DNA of 64,000 bases from Eledone cirrhosa (GCA_964016885.1 OZ024741.1:56482001-56546000); one strand, 5' to 3'; positions 23,834 through 39,598 are shown, counted from the stretch's first letter. Program-made: numbers and translations. The notes: a model not told the origin generated them from the sequence alone.

Positions 23834-24440
23834 GTCAGGTCACCAGTTGGTGCTACTGGTAACATGTATCCCAGTACAACCTGTCTCATGGTCGGGTCAT
23901 TGGCGACTAAACTGGCAATCCCACCAAGGTTTCTTGGTGAGGAGGGTGACTTTGGACATCATGCAGGACTAAAAACAAAACCTTTCAAAGGGCAAAGGAG
24001 CTCTTAAGAGTCAATGGCCATCCAAAATCACCGGGAGAGATGACCCCTTAGCCTTTGTCAAGGCAGAATTCTAGGAGAAGGAAAACTCTGATATAACACC
24101 TGCAACCCTGATGGTATCCAATGATGTTGACGTGTTCTTCTTTTTGGTAAATATCATCTTAGTTAAGAGAGTGGGACTGGCTTTGTGCAGTGCCTTTGCT
24201 CACTATAAAAGCTTCACAGCACAGGCATTGCTTTATATCTGGAGATCTCTCTGCACTTATCGTCACATGGTACCATGGGCCCAGCACTATGTGTCAATAA
24301 TTGTCACAAGTGTAGTGTTTGTACCAGAGTTTTCAAGTCGCTGGCTGGACTAAAAAGTCACACTCGTTCAGCGCATCGGTAGGGGTTCTCCTACATGGAT
24401 ATAAAGTAGTGGCCGTACTCGAAAACGAGTTGGCAGCCAC
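23834..24440 (+). mobile_element. RTE-type 5' leader / non-autonomous element, copy 1
   Basis: Homologous to 24578-24820. Contains ggagaaggaaaactctg, which resembles RTE 5' UTRs. Starts directly after (TATG)n. Confidence 0.5.
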
Positions 24441-24577
24441 CATGTATGTATGCATGTATGTATGTTTTTATGTATGTATGTATGTATGTATGTATGTATG
24501 TATGTATGTATGTATGTATGTATGTGTGTGTGTATGTGTGTATGTGTGTGTGCGCGTGTGTGTGTGTAGGTATGTAT

Positions 24578-25200
24578 GTCAGGTCACTCTAGAGCGCTAC
24601 TGGCAACTTGTAACCCAGTACAACCATTGCATGGTCGGGTCGTCGGCGACTAAGCTGGTAATTCCACCAAGCTAACTTGGCGAGGAGGGTGATATATTTT
24701 ATAGATCCTGCGGGAGGAAAAATAAACTGTCAGAAGGTGAAGGAACTCATAAGAGTCAACGGCCATCCAACAGTTTAGTGGAAGAGGGAAACTCTGGTAG
24801 AAAACCTGAAGATAAATCAGTTGCTGGTCGCCCTAAGCTATGCTGGTTTATCAGCTTTTCCTGCTGATTTTGTCTGAAAAGTTGGCATGGTTCTGTGAAA
24901 GCCATGTTCACTATAATCACATTCACGCACAGGAACTTCTTAGAGTCTGAACGCATAACACAACGTTTCATTGAAAATACCTGCACCGATGGGAGAGCTG
25001 TGATGTGAACAGGCTAGAAGTACGTAGTATCAAACCCACACGCAGCAATGGTATGACTCGACAGGACCGCAAGTGACTGGGCAGCCCTTTCCAGAGATAG
25101 CACTGTTCACCTGCTAGCCAGAAGGGACCTAGAAAATGTGATTCAACAAAATGTACCTATATCTAATCTGGCTGGCAACCCGTGACTAGCAACCCGTGGC
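24578..25200 (+). mobile_element. RTE-type 5' leader / non-autonomous element, copy 2 (diverged)
   Basis: Shares gtcaggtcac...cccagtacaacc...atggtcgggtc...ggcgactaa.ctgg...gaggagggtga...aagagtcaa.ggccatccaa with copy 1. Confidence 0.5.
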
Positions 25201-25204
25201 CATA

Positions 25205-26065
25205 GGGGATTTCCATACAATGCTCAGTTTGGGAGACTTCTGCCCTAAAGACGTACTATGTGACTTGACCAACGGAAACGCTCTTTCATGATAATGGGCT
25301 CGATATTTGGCAGACAGGCCCACTGCAGCACATCAGTATCTGGTGTATGACACTTCCACGAGTTCTTGAAGATAAAGTGTAAGTATTGTTGGTGGACAGG
25401 TTTGAGGTGTTGGATATCCCACAATCTCTTGTCCATGTATCACATCCGTATCACAGTGCTGTGAGCATACATACGCATATTGATTGACTATGGTTACAGC
25501 CGCTTCTCCAGCTTACCAAAAGCATCAGAAGCTTTAGACAGCCAGTGGCTTACTTCTACATCAAAAGTGTAGGTTCTGAAGACGAATTTATCCATAGCTT
25601 TCAATATTTTCGCTTTAACAGATCTGGATGGTGGAATATATAGCTTTTGGGTGCAGGTTGTTACATCACCAGTCTTTTCCAGGCTGATTGTCAGCCCCAA
25701 CCCATCAACCAGAGGAACAAACCATTAGAAGCTGAAGGTCTTCTTCCGTGTAGCTAACAAGAACACAGTCGTCTGCACAAAGAAAATCACGTTGTTTTTG
25801 ACGCAGCAAGGAATCGACGGGTGTAAAAGAGCCTTCCTGTTGTTCGGCAACATATATATATGACAACATCGGCGAATGCATTAACAATATAACTGTACGG
25901 AAAATGGCAAACAAAGTCGGGGTGAACAAGACACCCTTTTTCACGCCTTTCTCTACCGAGAAATGTTCGAGGAGTTCACCATTACCGCAAATCCACGTGC
26001 TCATGTCATCATACAAGGAACGTATAAGCCTCATAAATTTCTCAGCCTATTCCAGCTTCAAGAGA
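25205..26065 (-). mobile_element. Decayed RTE (BovB-like) reverse transcriptase
   Basis: GVKKGVLFTPTLF, DFLCADDCVL, GLTISLEKT, KASDAFGKLEKRL, ERFRWSSHIVRL. Confidence 0.8.
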
Positions 26066-26312
26066 ACCCATACACGCACGCACACACACACACACGCACA
26101 CGCACACGCACGCACACACGCATACACACATATGTATTTAACACCAGCAAACTTTGAGAATCTACGTATTGCTAAACTGATCAGTACAAAAACCATGAAT
26201 ATTTCTGCAAACTCCATCTATTAAATATAAAAATGAAAATATAAAACAAAGAAAAACTATAATATATTTTGTATGAACTAATTTCTTTTCGTTTTGCACA
26301 GTAAATTTACAC

Positions 26313-26906
<594 letters not shown>

Positions 26907-27048
26907 TCATCATCGTTTAACGACCATCTTCCACGCTAACATGGGTTTAGAGATATATATATATATATGTATGTGTATATATATATATATACACACATAC
27001 AGATATGTATAAATAAAATATATAAAAATACGCACATACGTATGTATG

Positions 27049-27115
<67 letters not shown>

Positions 27116-27499
27116 GTGCGTGTGTGTATATACATATATAAATGTGCGTGCGTGTGTGTGTGTGTGTGTGTGATGGAACTAGTCAGAAAATATTGGAAAT
27201 CATAAATATTATATTTCAATTTCTGTGTTTCTGGTAATGTCCTGAAGTTCTGATCAATATTCCAAGATAATGGGATGTCTTCAGGATAATATCGTTAGAC
27301 TGTTAAAATGTCTCACATTGATAAAATACAACCACAGCGATTTGATCACACGTATATATGTACATACGTTCGTATATATTTACATGTATACACACATACA
27401 TACATTCTTGCATATATACATATATATAATTATACATATATATAGTTATACATATAATTATACATATATATAATTATAAATATATAGACAGACTGAATA

Positions 27500-27904
<405 letters not shown>

Positions 27905-28064
27905 TGTAGCGGAAGAATCGATTCCTGGTCTGTTTCTTCTTTTTTTCAACCTTGAAAGGATGAAAGGTTGAGTTGAGCTCGGCGGCGGCGTTTGAACGGG
28001 AAGAACCGGGACAAATGCCATAATGCATTCTATTCGATGTTTTAACGACACTGCATACACACAC

Positions 28065-28095
<31 letters not shown>

Positions 28096-28101
28096 TAGTA
28101 T

Positions 28102-28170
<69 letters not shown>

Positions 28171-29439
28171 CACACACACAGATATACACATATAAAGTAG
28201 AGTATAGTTAGTACGAAGCATTGTAAGATATGTAATAAATGAACGATAAGTTTCAAAAAGCTGGTACAATGTTGTAGAAATATATAAAGGGAAAGGATGA
28301 CAAATAAAGCAAACAAAATAATGTTTTACCAGGTATATTTCAATATGATATTTCAGGACTAATACCCTCTTTTCAAATGCGAAGCAGAAACAGTTAAAAA
28401 AACAAAAAACAAACGATCAATGTGTTCTTCCTTCACTGGCCTATGTGTCTGAAATACGCATGCGCTAAGTCGTTATAGTAGACAATCTGCTTCATGTATT
28501 TCTAATCTACTATTTACCTGTGTTTTTTTTTTTAGTTTCCGTTTTCCGTCTTTGTCCTCTTCCCATCGAGGACCACGCAGGCCAGGATTCATTAGATATC
28601 CAGCTCTGGCAGGATTCCAGCAATTTTCTTCTTGCAAACAATATTTCTTCTTGCAAACAATATTTCTTCCCAGGTACGCTGGATAGAGTATGAATTTGTC
28701 TCACCAACAAGGGACCACAGAGTTTTTCACGACCAGGGCTTCACTCTTGAAGAGCACTGAAATAGTACCCAAATTGCTGACTCTAGCAATGTTCTGGATG
28801 TCCGGCAATATGGTTTTCAAAGCTTTTTCAACTTTGCACCGAAATACATTTGAATCAGGTTAAGATTACACGTGTTTATGGAATGTTCTGCCACTTGCAC
28901 GTTAATTTCACGTTCCATTAGTTGAATATCGCAACGGATATCTAACTTCCTCATATGGAATAGATACATTAATAGATAGATTGTGAGATATATTGATAGA
29001 TAAATAGGCAGGTTAGTAGACAGATAGATAAATAGGGAAATACGTGTTTATATAGTTGGTTATTTCTATGTATACATTAACATATATACGTAACACACAC
29101 GCATTAGCCTCAAACATTATCCTGAATATTGGAAAATATGCAGGAAGCCGCTTTACATTAAGTTCATCAATGGCATATTTAAAGATGTAACAGAGAAATG
29201 GTAATCATATAAGAACATACTGAAGCAGTTCTTTCAACGCCAAATTTAGATTTTTGTTTTCACCAGCAAAAAGGAACAATGGATGAAACGGAAGTAGTTC
29301 TTTTGTTGTCAAATGATCGTGCTTATTCTTCGGCATTTTTTTTACAATTCTCTTTATACACACACGCACATACAGATATATGTATCCGTATCTATCTATC
29401 TATATATCTATCTATCTATGAGGAAAAGGAGGAGGAGAG

Positions 29440-29656
29440 GAAAGGAGTACAAGCTCTTCGTACTCCTGGAGATGAGGGTTGCATATTTTTTTTCGGGGGT
29501 ATGTGTTACCCATATAAACTGTCTCCCTCTATTGGGGAAAATCGACTAACTTTTAAATTCCATCTGTGATAACATTTTACACGTTTTTATTGTATGTAAA
29601 CTTCCCCCTTTGTATTTGTCCCCTTCTTTTGTGCCCCTGTGGCTAATAAAGAAATA

Positions 29657-29660
<4 letters not shown>
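29440..29660 (+). mobile_element. Tx1-like 3' UTR with (TCTA)n tail
   Basis: Ends cccctgtggctaataaagaaata, like the other Tx1 3' ends here, but is followed by (tcta)n. Confidence 0.55.
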
Positions 29661-29711
<51 letters not shown>

Positions 29712-29825
29712 TTATCCACCCATGTACAGATATATACATAATATACATACACACACATATATATATATATATACACACACACACGTATATACATACATAC
29801 ACAAATACACATATATATATATGTA

Positions 29826-29926
<101 letters not shown>

Positions 29927-30169
29927 GTGTGTGTGTGTGTGTTTTGTGTGTGTATGTGTTTATTTATTGTGTTATTGTTTGCAAGAAGAAAATATTTTCC
30001 CCGAAAACATTTAATTCAGATTTCATAAGATTTCCCAACCTAATAAATCTATTAGGTTTGCTTTTCGCTTTAAGAAAAAATCCCGTTTAACTTCTCGTAA
30101 AATAAGTGATAAAATTCTATGAAACATTTCTTCTTGGAATCACATAAGATAGCCAAATGGATTGATACA

Positions 30170-30490
30170 GGACTTCCCTCAATTCCGACGATGAGTGTTC
30201 CAGTAGTTTTATCAACGGAACAGCTGGCTCGTGAAATTAACCTGTAAGCGGCTGAGTATTCCACAGACACGTGCACCCTTAACGTAAGTCTCAGGAAGAT
30301 TCAGTGTGACACAGCATGTGATAAGGCTGGCTCTTTGAATTGCATATAAAACTCATTTTTGCTAACTGATTGAACTTGAGCAACGTGAAAGCAAGTGCCT
30401 TGCTCAGGGACATAACGCACCACCGGTTCTCGAACTCATGACGTTACGATTGTGAGTCGGACACTCTAACCACTAAACTATTTGTTTTCA
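30170..30490 (-). mobile_element. SINE family 1 copy
   Basis: Collinear with 6245-6570. Confidence 0.8.
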
Positions 30491-31469
30491 CAAGTCATAT
30501 GGATATGATATTGAACTACCAACTCATGTTGATTTGGTAGAGTTTCAATCCAGAAAACAATACAGTGTCACTCAGTCCAACTAGCTGTTGTGAATTCGTC
30601 AGCCCTGTTTAACACTACCATCTAATGGAGTCGACTTTGTAACAAACACTCTGACCAGGTAGGTATTGAGACCGTGGATAACTTGATATCTTAATGTGTT
30701 ACTTCCTCCTGAAGCAGTAAACTAGACGGGGTTTCTTCCTCTCTTTCCTCACTAGTTTCGGAGATTGTAAACACAATTGTTCCACACTTACTTCTCTGCA
30801 AATACCATAATTGCCTCAGTTCCTCTTCTGAAAAAGCCATACAAAAGAACGACTACAGGTAAATCTAGTCCACTCTAGAAACTAATGTTCAACGGTGTTC
30901 TCGGCTTTTATTACTGTTTGGTGCACATTCACCAGTTGTACAAAGGTCTCCTTATGTACAAAGCCTCTACCACCGGGTTGATGCTAGGAATTGCATTCAG
31001 CCGCGAGATATTCCCCGTCCGCGTGGTTAATACAAATATTTCTGGTTAATACAAATATTAAAAACGACAGTTCAGTGACCGATGACATCAGCGATCTAGA
31101 CGGCGACCTACACATAAATGAAACGGTTGGTCAAGTCTTGGTATTTGGTTATCTTCCTCTCCTCGGTGATTAAATGAAGTAAAAAGACAGCAAATATGAA
31201 ATCTATTGTCAGAAGATATTGTCAATCATATGATGTATTAATGTAGAAAAATGACAGAAAACAGATATAAATGAAAGTACATTAGAGTAGAGGAAAGTAA
31301 AATAGTTATTAGGAAGGTTGACTATACATCAAATCAGAAAAAAATGTCAGCACTAGCTGGAGACTTTTATTAAAAGATGACTGTTGTTCAATCTCGGGGG
31401 ATTTCTCGTAAACTGACCATGTTAACAGAAGCATAGGAAACAGATATGATCATAATAGAAACACAATCA

Positions 31470-31533
31470 CTAGAACACATTAGAACACTAGAACACATTA
31501 GAACACTAGAACACATTAGAACATTAGAACACA
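31470..31533. repeat. Short minisatellite (tagaacac/tagaacacat units)
   Basis: Direct reading of the sequence. Confidence 0.75.
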
Positions 31534-31750
31534 TGCATTCCTTCACTAAATTTTGCAATATAACTAAAAAATATTTTTACTGAGGATAAAAAAGTGTTCG
31601 TCGATCTGAATACTAATGTTGAGTACGGAGTGTTGTGATGGAATGTAACGAGCAAGGTTGGCAAGGCAACATGTCTGTCTCAGATTTATTGAAATTTGGT
31701 AAATCTTGATTGGAGAGTATAATACTGTGGAGTATACACACACACTCACT

Positions 31751-31799
<49 letters not shown>

Positions 31800-31812
31800 A
31801 TGTATATATATG

Positions 31813-31862
<50 letters not shown>

Positions 31863-31979
31863 CATATATGTATATGTGTACAGACACATATATATACATT
31901 TATATATTCCCTACTAATTTGTATTATAGGCTCATTTAAAACTGGTATCACTTAATAAGAAATACGAAGAATATATATG

Positions 31980-32083
<104 letters not shown>

Positions 32084-32106
32084 TATATACACATACATAT
32101 GAGTAC

Positions 32107-32186
<80 letters not shown>

Positions 32187-32515
32187 TATATATGCATATG
32201 TATAATATGTATGTATTTTCAGAGAAAGAATGAATGTGAGAGAGAAAGAAAAAAAGAGTGAGAGAGTGAGAATTAGAGAAGGAAGGAAAGAGAGAGATAA
32301 ATAACAAAACCAAAATTGACAATGAAACTATATTACAACGTTCTTTATCTTTTGTAGTAGTTCATCTAATTTTGGATCATTTGGAACCAAATGTTGGCAT
32401 TGGCACAATTAAGAAAGACTTACACACTGACTTTCATCACATATTTACATACATATATTGTTCCTTTACACACACACATGAATTATATATAAATCCATTT
32501 GAGCACCTAAAGTCG

Positions 32516-32547
<32 letters not shown>

Positions 32548-33110
32548 TGTACGTATGTATGTATGTATGTATGTATGTATGTATGTATGTATGTATGTAT
32601 GTATGTATGTATGTATGTACGTATGTATGTACGTATGTATGTACGTATGTATGTACGTATGTATGTATGTATGTATGTATGTATGTATGTATGTATGTAT
32701 GTATGTATGTATGTATGTACGTATGTATGTATGTATGTACGTACGTATGTATGTATGTACGTACGTATGCATGTATGTATGTATGTATGTATGTATGTAT
32801 GTATGTATGTATGCATGTATGTGTGTGTGTGTGTATGTATGTGCGTGTGTGTGTATTTAGATGCGTGTGTGTGTATGTATGTATGTGCGTGTGTATGTAT
32901 GTATGTGTGTAAGAATGCATGTATGTAAGAATGCATATGTGTATATGTATGTATGTGTATATATATCTATGTGTATATGTGTGTATATGTGTGTATATGT
33001 GTGTATTGTGTATATGTATGCATTAATAGGTATTATATATATATATATATGCATTATATATGTACATATATATATACATACATACACACACACGCATACA
33101 CACATACACA

Positions 33111-33142
<32 letters not shown>

Positions 33143-33409
33143 TATATATATATATATGTACGTATACACGTATGTACGTGTCAATTAAAGAAATGCTCTC
33201 CTTCTTTCTCCTCCGTCCCTTACACTCCTCCTCCTTCTCATTATCATCAACATCATCAACATCATCAACATCATCAACATCATCCTCTACAGTAGCAGCG
33301 ATATCTCTTTCAATTGAATCTCTTTTCTCTCGCAACACAAAATGTCAGATCACGAGTGGAGTATGAAGTTTTCATCTCAAATGACGTTATACTTCTTAAT
33401 TCTAATAAT

Positions 33410-33920
33410 AATTGTTTCTACTTTTGGCACAAGACCAACAATTATCTCAGTGTATTACTGGTACTTTATTTTATCGACCCCGTAAAGATGAAAGGCAAAG
33501 TTAACCTCGGCGAGATTTGAACTCCCTCCGACCGTAAAGCGCCGTAACTCTATGCTGCAAAGCATGGCGTCTGACTCTCTACCGATACTGTCAATCCATC
33601 GCAATAATAATAATGATTTCAACTATAGGCACAAGGCCAGCAATTTGAGGGGAGGGGAAAGTCGATTAAATCGACCCCAGTGCCTGACTGGTACTTTATT
33701 TTTTCGACCCCGTAAAGATAAAAGGCAAAGTTAACCTCGACGGGATTTGAACTGAGAACGTAAAGGGATGTAACTCTCTGCCACGAAACATGGTGTCCGA
33801 TGATTTTTGATTTAGGTACAAGGCCAAAAATTTGTGGGGAAGAGAAATCGATTAAATCGACCCCCAATGCATCACTGGTACTTTATTTTATCGACCCCGT
33901 AAGGATGAAAGGCAAAGCTA
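33410..33920 (-). mobile_element. Tandem cluster of three SINE family 2 copies
   Basis: Three repeats of ggtactttatttt.tcgaccccgtaa.gat.aaaggcaaag. Confidence 0.85.
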
Positions 33921-33949
33921 ATAAATAATTCTTTCTTTATAATTATCAA

Positions 33950-34500
33950 TATAGTCTCCCTTGTTCGGGTTCTTTCTCAGCAGCTCCCCAACCCTACGGC
34001 TCACAAACCTGAGCATTCTCCCGTTCTGCTGCCAGTTGCCGAGGACTTCTGCCAAGAGGCCACCGAACAAGTCTGGCATGTAAAGGTTATCTCCTTTTCA
34101 CAACACTCAGCTTCCGTCGTCGAGAGCCGCGGTAGGCCGACGAGGTAAACATTAAAGTCCATCTCACGATCCGATCCACCATCACTCCCAAACAGTTGAA
34201 CGAAGTGTTGCTGAAAAGCCACACACATCTGCTTGGGATCGAGTAACATGCGCCCATTGTGGTTCGCCAACCGGATTGAGACTTTGTTTCCACGCCGCAC
34301 CTCGGCCACTCGGGCCCATCGAACAGCTTTCGTCTCCACGTGACTAAAAGCACGTGCCCTAGCTCTGCCAACGTCACCTTCGTACTTTGCGGTGAAAAGT
34401 TGGTCAAGGACCAATCTCGCCGCAAGGCCGTCAGTCGCGTTGCCTTTTCATAAAAGCCCTCTTCTAGATTTCTAATAAGCTCATAGTCCAAACTTTTATA
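33950..34500 (-). mobile_element. Tx1-like ORF2 fragment (linker to RT start)
   Basis: LLDPKQMCVAFQQHFVQLFG...LPRLSTTEAECCEKEIT; the end reads like Tx1 RT entry (LLRKNPNKGD). Confidence 0.7.
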
Positions 34501-34509
34501 TATAAACAA

Positions 34510-35130
34510 AACAAAAATCATGACGGAATAAACAATCTTGAAATGATTTTAAAAAAGGCTACTTTTTGTTTAAAAATATAAATCGACAATAACCGGGGAT
34601 AAATCTATCTACAATAAAAAAAAAAATGAGGGGTGATTTCAGAAGTGTGAGCTTCATGCAAACATTACAAAAAGAACTTCATATAAAACTCAAAAATATT
34701 GTCCTTTCAAAACGAGAAGACTAAACAAAATCCATAATTCAAAGTGCCATATTACTAAAGAAACAAAGATGAAAGAATTAAAAGCAATCCTAAACCGTAA
34801 GAGGAATTTTCCAAGGTGACATGTTATCTGCCCTACTTTTCAAACAAAAAACAACAAACATTTCTCTATATACAAAGAAACGATAAAATACAAACGAGAA
34901 GCTAACTAAATGGAAACAACAGATAAGGTAGGAACAATACAACAGAAAAAGTTGAAGAAACAAAAAATATATCAAAATAGAATTACAAAATATATTGAAG
35001 AAGAAATGGAGAGAAAACCACTTCTCGAGAGTTAATCAAAGATGTAAGTCAAAGTGAGATTCAACAATGGTTCAAAAGTTCTGGACTAAAAGTAGGAACG
35101 AAATGACTGATCCTCGCTATCCTAGACAAA
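34510..35130 (+). pseudogene. Heavily decayed R4/Dong-type RT remnant
   Basis: RGIFQGDMLS at ~34800 and QQWFKSSGLK at ~35062. Confidence 0.5.
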
Positions 35131-35139
35131 ATATCTGGT

Positions 35140-35465
35140 AACAACAAGGCCGGCAATTTGATGGGAGGGAAAAGTCGGTTAAATCGACCTCAGTGTATTA
35201 CTGGTGCTTTATCTTATCGACGCCGTAAGGATGAAAGAATACAGACAAAATAATTGTTTCTACTTTAGGCACAAGGCCAGCAATTTGAAAGGGAGGGGTA
35301 AGTCGATTAAATCGACCCCAGTGCATTACTGGTACTTCATTATATCAACCCCTTACGGATAAAAGGCAAAGCTAACCTCGGCGAGATTTAAACTCAGAAT
35401 ATAAAGGGCCGTAATTCTATGCCGCAAAGCAATTTTTTCTGACGCACGAGCGATACTGCCAATCT
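35140..35465 (-). mobile_element. SINE family 2 copies (one partial, one full)
   Basis: Same body and head as 22872-23070, reverse complemented. Confidence 0.8.
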
Positions 35466-37779
35466 GACAAAAAATGACAAAAAAATAAAAAATGATAGGA
35501 ATATTAATGATTTGCACTCGACTCTACAGGATTTAAAACAGGAAAAATAAAAAGAAACCCCCACAAGTTGGGTTATCTTCTCTTATAATTCCCTGACGTC
35601 ATTATTTAGTAATCCCGGTGTTGGCAGTGAAGAATATAATGTGTGGTAATGTGTGGATTAGAGTCGTTAATTTTTTAAAGTTGATATGAAAACAAATGTG
35701 AAAGCGAGCTTGCTCTGAAGTCTGTGATATCTCTGCTTTGTTTGTTTTCATTGTTCTAATCCGGATATTTCCAATGAAGCTTATAAAGGATATGTTACAA
35801 TCCTCTACTGTAGTAACTGTAAGATTTCAACTGATGCTTTTAACACCAGAACGTCGTTAAAAAAAAAAAAAAAAATGGTTAGCTTATAAAACCATTTGTT
35901 CACACAGAATTACCGAATCAGAATTTTTATTTTTTTCTATTTTCTTTCTTTTTAAATACCTGTTCTAGTCTCAAAACAAGTTAATATCTCAACCGGGTGA
36001 TTGTGTGTACTAATAATTCGATCTACTCAAAGCAAATTAACAGATTAGACAAAAACCATAGGAAATCATGTTGCAATGATTTCCTTTGGAGTCAATCATA
36101 TATCTCTATTTTAAAGTATTGTTATTTATTATTAAACTTTTTGTTTGCGTTTGCTATAGTTTCCATTGAGCTGAAAACCACTTTAGCTGAATAGAGTGAT
36201 AATGGAATTTAGGGTTATCAGATTTTTACTGCTATCTATCTATCAATCTATCTACCTATATTTATACTGTTTAGATTTGTACACACACACTACACCCCCC
36301 TCCACCCCCACATACACACACATATATACACACCCATCTATATAATATTTGGATATTGATGTATAGATATTTAAATACACCTCCACCCCTATATTTATGT
36401 TCATCTATATTATCTATATCCTATTGTGTATATTATATATCAATATCATAATTGATTTACTGTGCCAACGACCATAATGTTTATTGTTCAAGGTTGTGTG
36501 GCGAAAGCTCTTTAATTCCCAAGCCACAATGCCGTAACAAGCAAACGCAACTTTCTCGCAATGGATATTTTGCTAGGTGCACTTACGCAGTGTCCCAATC
36601 AACAGTTGTCTTTATTCTTTTGTATTTTAGTACTCTTTCAAATATTGTTCTTGTTATTTACTTCCCAATAAACCCTGATCGAGCATTTTATAAACAATTA
36701 TTTGTCACTCTGTGAAATCCCCCCTCTCCCCGCTTTCGTTGGGTGTATTTCCTGTTTTTCCTATTCACATGAGTTTGATAAACAGGATATGTTTCCGACG
36801 ACTCGAACAAAAAGCACAGAGCTGGCAGTAGCATCAACGCCAACTAGGCACCTCCTCATTGGTTTGTTTTGTTATATGGTTTCATTTTGTTTTGTTAGGG
36901 GTCTTTTTTAGGGATCTTCCCCATTCTATTTGTTGCGTATATTTTTGTTTCTTTTTTAATACATTTTGCTGATTTTGATTTTATAAATATATTTATCAAA
37001 CATAGCTATTTGTTGTTTTAGGATGTTTTTTCTTTGTTTCATTCGATGGATTTCCAGTTCTTTTTTCATGTCTTTATTAAAATGAAAGGGGCTTTAGATA
37101 TTTAGCGACCTGGCTCCGCAACATGCAACCCCTTCTCTCAGTAACTCTCCCCATTCTCCTAAATAAAATGTTTTCATCTTACAAATTTGTTGGTTGAAGA
37201 ACCTAATTTTTAACACTTCTTGCTCTGACAACACTAAAGAAAATACTAAGCCTGAATTTCCACTACACAGTCTCCATTCACCCAAGACAAATCCTGTGAC
37301 AAGGTCATAACGACATACGATCTTTTCCATTGTTTTGGATATTTCCACAACTCTGCTCCGTTGGCAAGATGTTTAGCTGTTTATTTATTGATTACAGGAA
37401 CGTGATTATACAAATTTGTATAAAACAATGATTTTAAAAGTTCGGTAATACGCCTCCTGAGTCTTGCGCCCTTAGTCGGCGTTAATGGTAGCGCTGGCCC
37501 TGACTATATTAATGTTAATTAAAAAAAATTAGTTAAATTATTTTCCAAGCCCAAAGGCTCACCATGCTGGAGCTTATCCCGGTTTCTTTAACGTTAAGCA
37601 CTGTGAATACAATACTAGGTGAGTGGCCAGGGTTGACACTAGATCGATAGGTAGGTAGGTATATATACAGACAGACCGATAGAGAGAGAGGGGGAAGAGA
37701 GTGTGTTTGAGTGTGTGTATTTTCTGATAATATTGGACATGTAATTCCTGATAGAGTCGTGGAGACGCCGCTGTAATAT

Positions 37780-37970
37780 ATTCTTGGGCACTTTTAAACA
37801 TGGAGGAGCCCATTCTATCTCCAGTCTTCAACAACTTCAGGTCAGTGAACTGGAGCAACGTGAAATAATGTGTCTTGCTCAAGGACACAACGCAGCGCTC
37901 GGTGCGAGAATCGAACTCCTCACCCTTCGATTGTGAGCTCAGCACACGAATCACTAAGCCTCGCTCCTTC
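37780..37970 (-). mobile_element. SINE family 1 head and body
   Basis: ctggagcaacgtgaaat...tcttgctcaaggacacaacgc...gaatcgaactc...cactaagcc. Confidence 0.75.
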
Positions 37971-38361
37971 ATAATGTAGAAATAAATATTTGGATATCGT
38001 GCACTTTTGTAAGATTCTTTTCAGGCATCTGAGATTTGTTTTAAGGAGAATGAATCGATTAATTGCCCAAATGAAACCTTTCTCAAGGCCATTAGCAGGA
38101 TAAGTGGCATATTCATCTATAAAAAAAAAGGTGAACCTACTAAGGTTCCGATGTATAAAAGCGCAGAGATGAATGGCGACGTAATATTAAAAAAGAAGTA
38201 AATCTAGAATAGAAAAAAAAAACGAAATAAATGCCAGACTCAAGTTAACAGATTAAATAAATTAAAATATACATATTAGCAGGGAAAGGGGACGTTGAAT
38301 AATTATGATGATGATGATGGTGGTGGTCAAGATGATAATGAAGATGATGATAATAAAAATA

Positions 38362-38522
38362 ATTGTTTCTACTTTTGGCACAAGGCCAGCAATAACCACA
38401 GTACATTACTGGTACTTTATTTTATTGACCCCGTAAGGATGAAAGGCAAAGTTAACCTCGGCAGGATTTGAACTCAGAACGTAAAGGACCGCGGTGTCTG
38501 ACACTCTACCGATACTGCCAAT
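38362..38522 (-). mobile_element. SINE family 2 copy
   Basis: Same diagnostic body. Confidence 0.8.
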
Positions 38523-39101
38523 TTAATAAAGATAACTGATGTAAAATAAATTAGAAGACACTCACATGTAACAGATGTAAGAAAGATTAAAATATACTTA
38601 ACTGTAGTTAAATGCAAACAAAATTTTGTTGACCGAAGGTTTTAAACATATTTCTCTAGAAATCTATAAGGAAACATACTCATAAAAACACAGGTGCGTG
38701 CAAACACTCACACGACTCCCATGCACGCACACATGGTCCTTCCGTAAATGAGCTTTTTATTTGCTGTTGATCACCTTTCTCTCGTGTATTTTCTCATTCT
38801 CTTCTTTCCTACTATGGTTAAGTTAAAATATTCATAATTTTACAGCCACTTCTCTTTTATAGAACAAAACTAGTATATGTCAGTGCCACAATAACTTATC
38901 GCTTTCTGTACAACTTCCACCCATCCATCAGCCTATCCATCCGTGTATCCATGTATACCTGCTTGGATACATGCGCTCTAAACTGATGGATCAATAGCAA
39001 AGTTGGATTCAGCAGTACTTGAACTCCGAGTGCCGAGAGCCGGAACGAATACCGCGAACAATTCTATTCAACGCCTTATATGTATAATATCTATATATAT
39101 C

Positions 39102-39123
39102 TATATGTCTGTGTGTGTATAAA

Positions 39124-39208
<85 letters not shown>

Positions 39209-39265
39209 ATATGTAAATGTGTATATATGAATATATACATATGTTTATATATATGTATATAATTA

Positions 39266-39339
<74 letters not shown>

Positions 39340-39416
39340 TAATTATATACATATATATAAACATATGTATATATTCATATATATACATTTACATATAAAC
39401 ACACACACACACACAC

Positions 39417-39467
<51 letters not shown>

Positions 39468-39490
39468 TTTATACACACACAGACATATAT
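39102..39490. repeat. Inverted duplication of a microsatellite mosaic
   Basis: 39102-39275 mirrors 39330-39490, including the unique spacers (gtttatatgtaaatgtg, aattatctc). Confidence 0.7.
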
Positions 39491-39557
39491 GTGTATGTAT
39501 ATATACTTATGTATATATATGTATGTATATATATATTCATATATATCTATATATATC

Positions 39558-39598
<41 letters not shown>

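Noticed and set aside
23834-23920. Explicit HDV-like ribozyme call
   Set aside because: I could not assign P1, L3 and P1.1, so it is kept only as an unspecified structured leader.
27190-27292. Minus-strand CTGAAGA...GAAA tataata TT hammerhead-like string
   Set aside because: Stem II does not close and stem I has a mismatch next to the core.
28510-28860. Possible Tx1 ORF1-like remnant on the minus strand
   Set aside because: Only a vague resemblance, with no diagnostic motif.
35595-35602. CRE palindrome TGACGTCA
   Set aside because: A single 8-mer is expected by chance and there is no gene context.
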